DNA of 64,000 nt from Batkoa obscura (Eukaryota): the NCBI GenBank assembly GCA_030770535.1, contig JASVEC010000027.1:620001-684000 (forward strand), read 5' to 3'. Below are positions 12,913 through 25,612 of the stretch, one piece after another. The notes under the pieces were generated by a model. That model was given only the letters and a program-made list of their open reading frames with translations, did not search any database and was not told the DNA's origin. Position 1 is the stretch's first letter. The number at the start of each line of letters is the position of its first letter. Made by a program: the position numbers and the translations under genes.

Positions 12913-14124
12913 TTATAATTGTTTACTATCAATCATTTTGTTTAAAGAAGATAAGATAGCGTTGGTATTGTTCAAAAGGGAATGAATATTATTCATTTCT
13001 CTTTGTAATTCATCACGATGTTGAAGGAGAGTAGAATGGTCTAATTGATTATTATAATATGGTTCCTTTCTGCAAATTTCTGAAATAGGTGGTAAGTTAA
13101 ATTGATTATTAACTTGTCTTTTTTGGATTGGTGCAAGTAAAGCTTCTCTTAAATAAGCGGAATTACTTTCAATATCATAATGAGAGTCCCTTTGAAATTT
13201 AGGAGATAACGAAGAAAAGCTATTTAGTCGTGGACTTGGATGTGGAATGGATCCATTTGATATACTAAAACGAGGGGAGCGAGGATGATCGCTTTGAACT
13301 AATGGATCATCAGAAAGATCAAGTATAAGCTTTGGAAGATCATTTACGTTTTTATTTACACTTGTTTTTGAAGTAAAACAATCCTCAATAGCTGGGACTT
13401 CAGGTCTTTTACTTCTAACTAATGGTGTTGTTGAACGACGTACAATGGTACCAACTTTAGGATGTGGAGTTGAACTTGAACGAACGGTTGAAGTTTCGTC
13501 ATATGTCTCGCCTTCTACTTCATTTTCTTGAATATTAGTTAATCTTTTACGACGTTTAATAGTCGTTCTTTTCATATAAATTGGGCGATGGGAGCCGTGC
13601 ATTTTATAATATAATCCGCAAGCGTTACAAATAGTACTACCACGTTCATCACGACGCCATAATGGGGTTGTAGTTGCATCACAATTAGCGCAAATATAAG
13701 ATGGTCGTGAACGTTGATTAAAAGCTGGACAACCGGAGCAAGCACTTGAACCTCCAGTACCATTACAATGACCATCTCCAGCGCATGTTCCATGAGATTG
13801 AGAAGGTGGAGAACAAGTCTTTTTATTAGATTTACGTTGTGGTATAGGACGGTTGGCATTCCTTGATTTATGATAAAGACCACAAGCATTACATAATGGT
13901 TCTCCATTAGTACCTCTTCTCCATAATGGAGTATTAGTAGTACCACAGTTAGAACATAAAGTGGCAGTTAGTCCTTTAGTTGAATTCAATTTACGTTTAT
14001 TGGAAGTTTTATGAACTTTGTCAGATTGACGACAGGAAGTTGAGTCTTTTGATTGGTTTAATTCGTGATTAGTTGGTAATGGATCCATTAATGAAGCAAA
14101 AGTAGCTAACTCGTTTAAAGGCAT
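12913..14124 (-). CDS. sreA: Iron-responsive GATA repressor (SreA/Fep1/Urbs1 type)
   Basis: Two CxNC..TPLWRR..CNACGLY fingers flanking a Cys-rich [19 protein letters not shown] motif; C-terminal coiled coil. Confidence 0.9.
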   Translation of the reverse strand: MPLNELATFASLMDPLPTNHELNQSKDSTSCRQSDKVHKTSNKRKLNSTKGLTATLCSNCGTTNTPLWRRGTNGEPLCNACGLYHKSRNANRPIPQRKSNKKTCSPPSQSHGTCAGDGHCNGTGGSSACSGCPAFNQRSRPSYICANCDATTTPLWRRDERGSTICNACGLYYKMHGSHRPIYMKRTTIKRRKRLTNIQENEVEGETYDETSTVRSSSTPHPKVGTIVRRSTTPLVRSKRPEVPAIEDCFTSKTSVNKNVNDLPKLILDLSDDPLVQSDHPRSPRFSISNGSIPHPSPRLNSFSSLSPKFQRDSHYDIESNSAYLREALLAPIQKRQVNNQFNLPPISEICRKEPYYNNQLDHSTLLQHRDELQREMNNIHSLLNNTNAILSSLNKMIDSKQL

Positions 14125-14300
14125 AATGATAAATAAGGAGATATAAGGTTAAGTAAACACAATCAGGTAAAAAATAGTTATAAATTAAAATTTCAAAATA
14201 GAAAAAAGAGATAAATTTTCGTTTCAATGGGTGGTAAAGTGGGTTATTTATATATCTCTATTTGATTGGAATAAATTTAAATTAAAATTTAAAATCAAAA

Positions 14301-15043
14301 TTATCTGATCCTATTCTAAATTTATAATATTGATCTGATTTAATAAACAAATTGGATTTTATTATCTGATTTAACATCTATATATAGACATACTAGTGAT
14401 AAAAATCAGATCAAAGCTTATTCAAAAATTGAAGTGATAAGCTTAATCCAATTATTTACTAAAAATATCATTAACTTGTATTTAATTTGTTATATAAAAT
14501 TATACTTTGTGATTGTAAAACCTTCAATCTGATAAATTAGGCTGTGATCCAATTAAATTAAAGTTATATTATTGATATAAAAATAATAATTCCATCAAAT
14601 TATCTGATTAATGATAATCTAAGATAGGCAATAATTTATAATCATCTAGCTTATATACAGTATTAAATGTATAATAAAAGCTAAATGATAGAATTAATAA
14701 GAAAATATTGTAAATATATTAATTAATTATTATTAAGTGGATTAATAGTAGTTAAATCATATATTTTATTATGATAACTTTGATTAGGTACTAAATAATC
14801 TTATCCACATGACGAGTATCTAAGTCAGGTTATCTCCAATCAAATTTAGCCCATAAAATTGTCTCATCAAAATAAGTTGTCATTTAAATTTCAAATCAGA
14901 TAAAGCTATATCAAGATCATCTTAAATTCAGTAAAGGACATTATTTAATAATTAGATACTATAAATAATATATTTGTATAAATCATTATTTGAAACAATA
15001 TTATGCCTGATTTTCAATCTTCTTTTTATTATTTTTATCTGAT
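14301..15043. promoter_or_regulatory. Cluster of ATCWGATAA (SreA/Fep1-type) boxes upstream of sreA
   Basis: Perfect 9-mers (either strand) starting at 14301, 14362, 14527, 14600, 14895, 15035; a further double-strand site TTATCTGATAA at 16117-16127. Confidence 0.7.
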
Positions 15044-16198
15044 TAAGTGGTTTCTTTTTAGATGTTTTGATTTATTTTGAGTCATTGAGTTGAACTCATT
15101 TATCATTGATCTCTAATAATAGTTGAATAATTTAGTACTAATATTTACAAATAAAATACAAACTTGATGTAGTAATTTTACATCATCTTCATAACCTTAT
15201 CTTATTTTTAATCTCTAGAATATTTTAAAGTTTTAAAATCTTTTAAAATATAAATTAGACAAACCAGGTTACTAAAACTTATCAAACCGGAATTTAACAA
15301 GTATCTGGACACATTTCAAAGTTGGTCAAGTGAAAATGATATCGTATGATTCTTGTAAAGAAAGATAGAGAGATTCATGAATATTCATTATTGAATTTTT
15401 ACTCTACTACTGACCAATTATATTTTAAAAATAGATAAAAAATAATACAAGTTTGATATAAAACCATTCTAAACAAGGGATAACTTCAATTATAATACTA
15501 AAATTAAAGTCAAGTAAAAATTAGAACGTTTATACCAGATTTTGAAAAATAAATAGATTTTTAATACATATTGTAATAATAAAGTATGCCTTGAATTTAT
15601 ATAAAAATATTCTAGTTTGAATATAAAAGATAGGCTAATAATATAAGTAATTTTCAATAGATATTTTAATTTTATTAGAAAATAATACAATTAATCAGAA
15701 TTCTGTAGTCAAGTTCTATAGCAATATATTAAGAAAGGAATTTTTTATTCTTTATAATTACCTTTTACTAAATATCACCGTAACTACTATATACCATAAT
15801 AATTATATGTGTAAATATTAATCAAATCTTTCAATTAAGTCAGTCAGCTGTTTATTTAATAATTTTGATATTATTTTAGAGATTAAAATTGGTAGTGAAA
15901 ATTAAATATTACAAAGATCTTAATAATATTAAATGTCAAATCAAAATGTTCTATAAGACATAATAATATCGATTTATTTGATAAAGCATTCACTAAAGAT
16001 ATATACAAATGTTGAATATTATAAACAGATAAATATTCGAAAAACGGAATAAAACAAATTAATTGATAAAATTTAATCAGGGGATGTTTAAACAATAATT
16101 AAATTCAATACTGATTTTATCTGATAAGTCTTTGAATCTTCTATATTTTCAATTCCTCAAATATCCCTTTTTTTCAACGATAAATTAGTATACAATCT

Positions 16199-16301
16199 GG
16201 GGGTGTTTTTTTTTATTTCATTACTTTTTCCATTTTTTAAGCGTTATTTGAGTGGAAAGACTATTTATTAGTAAAATTCTTAAACAAAAAAATACATTCC
16301 C
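16199..16301 (-). mobile_element. MITE family A
   Basis: Core match; ATCT TSD. Confidence 0.88.
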
Positions 16302-16983
16302 ATCTAATGATATTAAATCTAAGTTTAAAACGTATAAATTAAATTAAATATACCATTTTTACAACAATTCGACTATATAATAGTTTTTAAAATGGATTTA
16401 GTTAATAAATAATTTTTATTGATAATGATTATATTGACTTGTTTTATTGATTCAGTTTCATAAAATATATACTGCTCCCATTGTAGATGCACAGTAAAGG
16501 ACACAGTGATTGGCTTTTTGGCCTTTCATATTTACTTTGAATAATAAATTATATAAATTAATTATATTTGGTAAACCATTAAAAGTTAAAGCAAGAATAT
16601 TTATGGCATTGAGGTCTTTTCTAAATGACCACTTAATCTTTTTTATAAACTGTTGTAATTTAATAAATCACTTACCCTTTTTTAGGTTTAAGATTAAAAA
16701 ATTGTAAGCAAAAGTAAACAGTGTAAAATAAGATTCAAAAATTGTTGCCTTTCAAACAAAGCCAATTTAAATTTCAACAAAAAATGGTATTATTGAAATA
16801 TTATTTTTATTGTTAGCATAAAAAAATAAGCTTTTAAAACATTGAATTGTATAAATAAAGCTTAATTTTGATTAGAGCAATTAGATTGTTTGTTTTATTT
16901 CTATTTTGTTTAATTTTGAATATAATTATTTATTATCTAGACCAATTTCAAAAATTATTATACAATTGAACCATTCTAAATAT

Positions 16984-17082
16984 GGGGATGTATTTTTGTG
17001 TTTAAGAATTTTACTAACAGTTTTTCCGCTCAAATAGCGCTTAAAAGATGGAAAAAATGATGAAGCCAAAAAAAACACCCCC
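16984..17082 (+). mobile_element. MITE family A
   Basis: Core match; ATAT TSD. Confidence 0.9.
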
Positions 17083-17636
17083 ATATGCTATATACTCATA
17101 CCTTTTAATGTGTTTTTAACCACTAGTTAATAAAGTGTTAAAAATCAAAACAAAATATAAATTTAATTAAATTATTAATTTAGTAGAATATTTACTTAAA
17201 TTTACCATCTGCTTAAATGCCGCTCTCCTCTTAAACATTTCTTAAAATTGAGATTTGTTTCAAATTTATTGGTATTTTCTTTTAAATTAGTCCTCTATTT
17301 TGATTTACCTTTATTTAAAATAAGTCACTATTGTGGATGATAATATCAAACCTTAAATGCTATTATTTTTAAACCATACATTATTAAACTCAAGTAAATT
17401 TTTGATCGCTTTACTATACTTACTATATAAGTGATTTATTTAAGTAAAAACAATTTAAAATTTAACGGAACAGTAATTCTATAGTTGATTTTTTGGGTAC
17501 TTTAAAAATATGGATAATATAATATAATATAATTGTCTTATAATATTTTAGTGATAATCAATAACTATAAAAAGAAATGTTTTTACCTTTGTACTTTTAT
17601 AAAATTTTATAAAATTTAATATTATATTGTATTTAA

Positions 17637-18548
17637 ATGAATGAGGATGACCCCCTCTTTAATTTTAATTATTTTGGTAAAGTTTTAGGAATCCTTTCTG
17701 TGTGTATAAATACCTTTTTAATTTTAATGTGTTCACGAGTTGAGCCTAAACCATTATCAAAAGATTTAAAATTAATAATAGTAATAGCCTTCGTAGAATA
17801 TTTTATACCTTTTACAACATTAATTAGTCGTATTCATTATTATATAGTTGGGGTAAATTTAATAGATATTGATTTGGGTTGTCAAATACTTGGATTTATT
17901 GTAACATGTGCTTATTATTATGAAATTCAAATTAATGTATTTTTAGCCTTGGAAAGGTTATATGTAGTATCTGAGATTAAAATATCAAAATATGTATATC
18001 TTTCAATTCATTTAAATGGATTAATCTTTATTGCATTAGCAACTTACAATGTAACACAACATCTAATGGTACCATCAGCTACTAAATTAATTTGTGTACA
18101 TTCTGTATTAAATTCAATTATTGGACCAGTTACTTATTTTTATTTAGTCTTTAGCTTTTTATTGGGGATAGCAATCATCTCATATTGTTATTATAAATTA
18201 GCTAGGGATATATTAGATATGGATAAGTTTGTTGAGCTTGAATTAAATTCAAATTTAAATCAATCCGAAAGTAATAAAAGATCCAAGTATAAAAAGGTAT
18301 TTATTAGATTAAATACTGTCTTAATTATCTATACTACTTGTATGTTTGGTTCCTTTTTATTCCATTTATTAAATGGTATATTTTATTATGTTTATGGTCA
18401 TGTTAATGTGATTATACTTATTATGAATCAATTGGGCGAATTTTTGTTTTTTATTGGTATAATAGCAAACTCATGCTTTTTTTTAATATTACATTCTGGT
18501 ATTGCAGACGAAGTGAAGAAATCTTATAATCGTATTAAATTTTGGTAG
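17637..18548 (+). CDS. Rhodopsin-class-like 7TM receptor (GPCR1)
   Basis: Seven hydrophobic segments, TM1 Asn, GCQ at top of TM3, LALERL (DRY-like), ECL2 Cys, YCYY end of TM5. Confidence 0.8.
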   Translation: MNEDDPLFNFNYFGKVLGILSVCINTFLILMCSRVEPKPLSKDLKLIIVIAFVEYFIPFTTLISRIHYYIVGVNLIDIDLGCQILGFIVTCAYYYEIQINVFLALERLYVVSEIKISKYVYLSIHLNGLIFIALATYNVTQHLMVPSATKLICVHSVLNSIIGPVTYFYLVFSFLLGIAIISYCYYKLARDILDMDKFVELELNSNLNQSESNKRSKYKKVFIRLNTVLIIYTTCMFGSFLFHLLNGIFYYVYGHVNVIILIMNQLGEFLFFIGIIANSCFFLILHSGIADEVKKSYNRIKFW

Positions 18549-19274
18549 TTAATTAAGAAATCAGTTTAATTTACACTTTGATTTAATAAAATAATTAACA
18601 ATAATTATTATTATAAACATTTTTGGTATCTTTTCGACTTATTTCTTAATTGAAACTAAATTCTATTTATGACAGATTTGTAAATGAAAGTTATAAAGGC
18701 TTTGAAGTTTTTAAGTCCAGTAGCGTACCAACTAATAAGTTAACGTAAGGTAAGACAAAGTAAGTCCGATGCTTTAGTAATGACAATGAAAAGTTTTAAA
18801 ATCTTTATAAACAAATGTAAGGTAAAACTAATACTTTGGATTAAATTAATTAAACTAATGAAGTTTAAAAGTATAGTTAATTTCAAATAAATAAATAAAT
18901 CTCAATAAAGAAAGATCCAGAGAAAGAGGTTCAATTGCTTATATACTTTCTATACATATAAAATGCATTAATTTATTATATTCTCTATTTATATTTAGCA
19001 TATACATCATTGAAGTTAACGATGACATTGATATTGGTCTTCTTTATATCACTTTCTGAAATGCATTCAACTTTCATTAAATTTTATTTAATTATAGTAT
19101 CAGATCTCAATAAACAAGTAATTTAATTATTAGTCCTGACGATTTATTGATGATAATTTGGGTTATTAAGATTAAAAAATGAGTCATCAAAAGCATTAAT
19201 ATTTGTTTAAATTAGTTTATAATTTGGCTCAAGTCTAAGTTTTAAGATAAATTCTAAAAGTGCATAGTTCATAT

Positions 19275-19372
19275 GGGGGTGTTTTTTTTGGTTTCATTAC
19301 TTTTCCGTTTTTTAAGCGCTATTTAAGTGGAAAAACTGCTAGTAAAATTCTTAAACAAAAAAATACATCCCC
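19275..19372 (-). mobile_element. MITE family A
   Basis: Core match; ATAT TSD. Confidence 0.9.
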
Positions 19373-20417
19373 ATATGTGTTTACTGTTAGAAATAAGAAA
19401 AATTCAATGATAAACTAAACTATAATAAATAAAAAGGAAAGGAAAACGGAATAGGTAAATAGTAAAACTAAATGATTAGTGGAAAGTGCTTTAGATTTTA
19501 GTATATCAGCTTTAGATTTCAATAAGTTCTACTTAATAACTTCAATTAGAATTTGTATAATGCTACTTCATTATAAGATAAGATAGTAACAGTATTTAAA
19601 ATAACAATTTAATTGTCAAATACTAATTTTGTATATGTGAAATAAATTTTTCAAAGCTTTGTAATTATAATAAAAGTCTTGAAGCAAGGTTAAAAGAAAG
19701 GGGAAAAATAAAAAGGGTTCAAAATAAGATTTTCTTATATACTTATTTTGAAATTTTCTTTTCTTTTCTTTTCTTTAATTCTATACAAAGCCAAAAAACT
19801 AGAAATAAATTTATTAATGTAATATCAAAAAATAAAAAATAATTTAATAGAATAACTAAACTCTATTCTATGATATTTTAATGTTTTAAAAATTAAAAAT
19901 TAAAAATTATAGAATATTGTTGAATTTACAAGTATCATTTTAATTGGTTCAATCATTTGAGTATCATGAGTGAGTTCTACTCGTCAAATTTTTATTAATC
20001 AAAATTCAATTATAGAACTTTATGTTTACATATGATTTTAAATCAAAATAAAATCATGAACTCTATTCACATAATTTAAATTAAATTAACCCTTTGAATA
20101 TTGAATTTCAAAAAATGTGTTGATCCAATTAGCATAAGATAAACTTGACGTTATGATCTACTCAAACATTAAAAATTTGAGAGGACTGATACTTAAAGGG
20201 TTAAATGGTTGTTAAATTCGAATGAAATCTATTGTAAAAGGTGGAGAAAATACTAAGGATTGAATAAAGTCATAGAAAAAGAACAAAAATTGAAATATGA
20301 TATCAATTGGAACCAATTAACTTAATATACTTAAATTGCAAAATTCCTTAAATTCTTTCAATATAACATCAATTTATTAATTTCAATAAATTTTAATTTC
20401 ACTACTACAACTTAATA

Positions 20418-21652
20418 ATGTTGGACTTTTTATTTAATTTAAAACCATATCCATATGAAGCTGGTTGGGAACCACGAAAGCGAATGTTAATTAATGTTAT
20501 CTTATGTTTAATATGTGGATTTTGTTTTGGGTATGTTAGATATATAGAAGATTTATTATTTGCAAGAGGGATAACTTTACCTACAATTCATTCTTTATGT
20601 GTTTGTATCTTTTTAACTGGTTTATTTTTACCTTATATTCTTTATAAACATGGTAAAACAAATTTTGCTTATATGATTACTAAGAGATCTTGGATCGGTA
20701 AGTGATTTATTATAATCTATTATAATTTATTATATTGAACCTTTTTTAGTATTAATTTATGTCTCTTTTGAACTAGTAGCTTATTTATCTTTCGCTCAAT
20801 CTCGAGGTATTGGTAGCTATTTAGCATTATCATTACTTCAAGGAATGATGCCATGTTTGTTGTTAATAGCTACTTATTTCGTATTAAAAGCGAGATATAC
20901 ATTATTCCATTACATTGGTATCTTAGCTAGTTTAATAGGAGTAGCTTTATTAATTGGAGGTAATCAAATTGCAGGAAGAAATTACGTGAATAGTAAAGAA
21001 GCATCAACGTTGTCAGGAGCGATTATTTTATCTATTGTATCGCCTGTGTTTTATACAGCTACTTATATCACTTTAGAAGCGAGTTTACGACAATATTATT
21101 TGGAAGAAATATTGGGATTATATGGATTATATGGAATTGCTTCTAATTTATTCTATACTGGATTAATGAATCCTTGGGAAAATTTTGATGGGTTTACAGT
21201 AGAAACTAGTAAGTTTATATGATTTTGATTTGATATTATGAAGATTTAATACTTATTTTATTTTATAGCTCCTTTATTTATATTAGCAGTTATATTAAGA
21301 AGTATTGGTACCATTGGTTTATTTATATTAGCTAAAAGTGAAAATTCCATTTTATCTGGATTAGCTTACATTACTATTGAATTTTTTTATATTGTTGTTT
21401 CGAATTTATATGGTAATTCACCTTATAGAGTAAGCTTTATTTTATTTTATTTATTTCTATTTAATTAATATTATTAATTTAATAAATTATAGATTCATGT
21501 ATTACATTTTATTGGATTTGGAGTTGGAGTAATAGCTATTATACTTTATACTTTAAAATCACCAACTTATGAAATTGATATAACAGAAAAAATTAATTTT
21601 TATAAAAGGCCAAGTATACCTTATAATGATGAGCCAGATCAAATTAATATTG

Positions 21653-21693
<41 letters not shown>

Positions 21694-22047
21694 GATAATG
21701 ATTATGATAATTCTAAAGGTAATTTTTATCAAGAAACAATGTATAATACAATGAGTAGTCATAAAACAAGTAATCATAGTAAAGAAAATAGTTCTATTTC
21801 TTATATACCTCCACCTATTGTACATATGTCTAACCAAATTACAGATATTAATGATTCTAATAATCATCATATTTCTAATACTCAATATATTTCCAATACT
21901 CAATATACTTCCAGCACTCAACATATTTCTAATACTCAATATACTTCTAGTTATAAAACAGAAAGCACGAATGAATTTCATGAGTTAAAACAAGGTTTAA
22001 ATCATCGTACTGTTAATCAAGCTGCTAAAGAACATTTATTTGGTTGA
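20418..22047 (+). CDS. SLC35F/DMT-superfamily membrane transporter (4 exons)
   Basis: Exons approx 20418-20697, 20750-21208, 21269-21429, 21493-22047 joined by GTAAG..TAG introns; YFVLKARYTLFHYIG, EEILGLYGLYG; Asn-rich tail in frame with track ORF 21739-22047. Confidence 0.65.
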
Positions 22048-22188
22048 GATTAATATTCTATATAATAATAAATAATAAATAATAATAATAAAATAAAATA
22101 AAATAAAATAGTTCAAATAGAATTTAAGTTTTGTTTAATACAGTATATTTAAATTATTATTTTTATTATTTTTATTAAAAAAAAAGAA

Positions 22189-22614
22189 TTACATAGATTC
22201 AGTAGATACATTATCCCCACAACGAATAACATAAATTTTAGCATCTAATAAGGATTTATTTAAAGTTTCCTTCACTTTATTTGTATCAACAGCATTTCCA
22301 TTACAATCTCTTTGAACATAAGTACCAGCAATAGAATGATAAGAATTGTTATTAACAAAAATTGGAGTAAATGAATCTTTCTTTTTATAATATTTTCGAT
22401 AATGTCTCATACGAAATTCTTTTCCTTGAATATCTTTTTTACCATCCCATTCATTGATAAAATTCTTGGCATTATCGACTTCACTACCACTTGATTTAGT
22501 TAATGACCCTGGGATTAATCCTAATGCATTTTTAAACCATCCACCGATATGCACGGCCTCAATTGTTGTTGAGGTTAATAATACTCCCAGAGCTAAGGTT
22601 GAAGTGAATCTCAT
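22189..22614 (-). CDS. Small secreted protein of unknown function
   Basis: Signal peptide MRFTSTLALGVLLTSTTIEA, 141 aa, two Cys, higher GC than flanks. Confidence 0.7.
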   Translation of the reverse strand: MRFTSTLALGVLLTSTTIEAVHIGGWFKNALGLIPGSLTKSSGSEVDNAKNFINEWDGKKDIQGKEFRMRHYRKYYKKKDSFTPIFVNNNSYHSIAGTYVQRDCNGNAVDTNKVKETLNKSLLDAKIYVIRCGDNVSTESM

Positions 22615-23132
22615 GTTTATAAAATATTCAAATTTGATATTAAATTATTTAAAAATATAATAGAAAAGAATGATTTGTTATGGATTTTATACTCAGAACA
22701 TTCATTCATAATGATTAATTAAATTAATTGTTTTTATTATATTAAATAACTTTAAATTATTGAGATTTCTATATTTAGTAAGTTTCTAAAGATTTTAATA
22801 AATTGAGAATGAAAATAATATGAATAATAAACTATAGAAAATAAATAAGAATGATAGAAAAATAAAAGGATGAAATTTAAAATTAGTGTTTTATTTTTTA
22901 CTTTATTTTTAATATTTCGATAAATAAAATAAAAAATAACTTTTTATAATAATTAATTTTTTACGTTTAATTATAAACATTATGATTTATGAATACAAAA
23001 AAATTAAGAAAATGGGAAAGTTGAAATATATTATAAATACTATTAAATAGGTGTAATAAAATATATTATATTTTATTTAACTTTATTTATTAATCCATTT
23101 AATTTAATTTAATTTAATTTAATAATTATATT

Positions 23133-23232
23133 AGGGATGTTTTTTTTTGATTTCATCACTTTTTCCATTTTTTAAGCGTTATTTGAGCGGAAAGATTGTT
23201 AATAAAATTCTTAAACAAAAAGATATATCCCT
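23133..23232 (-). mobile_element. MITE family A
   Basis: Core match; ends AGGGAT/ATCCCT; TSD unclear. Confidence 0.8.
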
Positions 23233-23912
23233 AATGTTATCAATAATTTTTAATAATATTAGTACAATTCAATAAATAAAATAAAATAAAATAAAATATT
23301 TATTTTATAAGTTAAATTAATTTTATTAATTTTTATAAATCACTTATTAATATTATAACATTACCTAAAGTTTCTATAAACTACATAAAAAAGGAGATAT
23401 CAACTAATTATTATTTATTTTAAATTTAAAAATAAAAATAATAAAAATAATAAAAATAAGTTTACTAATAAAGTTATTAAATAATTCTATTTAAATATAC
23501 ATAATATATTATTTAATATATTATTTAATATATTAAAATTATTATATATCACTTTTTTCATAATAAGCCAAGAAGTCAATAAATTTATTCTATTTGGAAA
23601 TTTTGACTAATTGGTTAATTATTGGTAACAATAAACATTAAAGAATATGGAAGTTAAAATATGAATATTCAATTTTTATAGATCAAACAAACTCACTTGA
23701 CCTTCATTGATTGATTACTATAAATAGTAACTACATTAAAGGAAATTGTAAAAATTTATTAAAAATAATAGAACATTTAACTGAAATAAATAAACAAAAA
23801 AAAATAGTATATAAAACTATAAACAATTATAATCAATAAAATAAAAAAAAATTGAGCTTTTTTTATTTCTTTTAGTTGATCTAAATAATTTAATAATTTT
23901 TAATAAAATAAC

Positions 23913-25148
23913 ATGCAATTCAATACTTTATTATTAGGTTTATTAACCTTAACTACTCAAGTCTTATGTAATGATAAAGTAGTATTAGGTTATTATGTAC
24001 CTTGGGGAAAGATGACACCTGATCAAATTCAATATAACAAATTAACTCATATTAATTATGCTTTTGGTACTTTAACAAAGCTAACTAATTTAACTGATAT
24101 TGGGTTTGATATTTATTATGATGGTCCACACTTACGTAATTTAACTAAATTAGCTAAACAACATAATGTAAAGACCCTAATCTCATTAGGTGGATGGACT
24201 GGAAGCCAAACCTTTTCTAAGATAGTAACTAAAAAAGAATATCGTACTTCTTTTATTAATAATGCTATGAAATTTTTAAGAAAAAATAATAAAAAAGAAG
24301 ATGCTGAACAAACAGAATGGGATTTAGATGGAATTGATATTGATTGGGAGTATCCAGGAAGAAAAGGAGATTTGTGCAATATTTATTCAAAAGAGGATTC
24401 TAAAAATTATTTAGAATTGTTAAAGGAATTAAGATGTGCATTAGATAAAGAATTCCCACATAATCGAAAGTTACTAACTGCTGCAGTAAGAGTAGAACCA
24501 TTTGATGGGCCTGATGGTAAACCAATGAATGATGTTAGTGAATTCGCTAAATATTTTGATTTTATTAATATTATGGCTTATGATATTAGTAATGGTGGTA
24601 ATAGTACTGGTCCTAATGCCCCATTATATTCTATTAATGATCAAGGGTCATTTGCTTCTTCAATTGAGGCATGGAATAAAGCTGGTTTCCCACTCAATAA
24701 ACTTTGTGGTGGTTTAGCTTTTTATGGACGAGCTAAAACTACATTAAGAGATATAACTAGAAATTCCAATACCTTAATTCATCCAGCAGAAAGTGTAATT
24801 CCACAAGGAGATGCTTCAGATGTTAAAGAAGTAAGTAAATTATGTCCGGGTCCATTAGCTTATGGTGGTTATTATCAATACAAAAATTTACGTCAAGATA
24901 TTTTAAAGAAAGATCCGTTTACTCCATGTTCTTCTTCAGGTTATGAAAGATATTTTGATCATAAAACTCAAACACCTTGGTTATTTAATAAGAAAACTAA
25001 GAAGTTTATTAGTTATGATGATCCAAAATCTATTCAAATTAAAGTAGATTATGCTAAAAAAATGGGTCTTCGTGGGGTCATGAATTGGGATTTAACTACA
25101 GATTATAATGCAGAATTACTTGAAGCTTGTCAAAGTATTCGTTATTAA
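23913..25148 (+). CDS. Secreted GH18 chitinase (Chi2)
   Basis: Signal peptide, SLGGW, DGIDIDWEYP, MAYD, ISYDD. Confidence 0.95.
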   Translation: MQFNTLLLGLLTLTTQVLCNDKVVLGYYVPWGKMTPDQIQYNKLTHINYAFGTLTKLTNLTDIGFDIYYDGPHLRNLTKLAKQHNVKTLISLGGWTGSQTFSKIVTKKEYRTSFINNAMKFLRKNNKKEDAEQTEWDLDGIDIDWEYPGRKGDLCNIYSKEDSKNYLELLKELRCALDKEFPHNRKLLTAAVRVEPFDGPDGKPMNDVSEFAKYFDFINIMAYDISNGGNSTGPNAPLYSINDQGSFASSIEAWNKAGFPLNKLCGGLAFYGRAKTTLRDITRNSNTLIHPAESVIPQGDASDVKEVSKLCPGPLAYGGYYQYKNLRQDILKKDPFTPCSSSGYERYFDHKTQTPWLFNKKTKKFISYDDPKSIQIKVDYAKKMGLRGVMNWDLTTDYNAELLEACQSIRY

Positions 25149-25420
25149 GTTAATAAAATAAAAGTATAAATAGTTTTATCACATATTTATTATTATTATT
25201 ATTATTATTAAATTTTGTATTTTAAATTTCAATATTACTTTAAAAAATTTGAAATAGTGAAAAAGACATTAAAATTAAAATTAATAATTAGTTGAGTTTT
25301 ATCAAGTCATACCAAAATTCTTCTATTTTTTTTGGGCAAGTCTAAAACGTTAAAAATATAGATTTGCAATATTAACCACTTTTATTGAAAAGAAATTATA
25401 ACTTTAAATAAACAATATAT

Positions 25421-25519
25421 GGGCGTGTTTTTTTTGACTTGATCACTTTTTCCATCTTTTAAGCGTTATTTGAATGGAAAAATTGTTAGTAAAATTCTTA
25501 AACACAAAAATACAGCTCT
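25421..25519 (-). mobile_element. MITE family A
   Basis: Core match; ATAT TSD. Confidence 0.85.
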
Positions 25520-25612
25520 ATATAATCAAAAAAGATACTTTATTAAAAATATAAAAACAGAAATTGATACTGTAATTGGAACTTGCTTATTTTTTTTTGA
25601 AAAATTAGAAGG

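Noticed and set aside
21559..21981. 140-aa hydrophobic antisense ORF, and similar shadows at 58444-58764, 48298-48603, 40968-41207
   Set aside because: Antisense shadows of AAT/ACT-rich or ordinary coding sequence.
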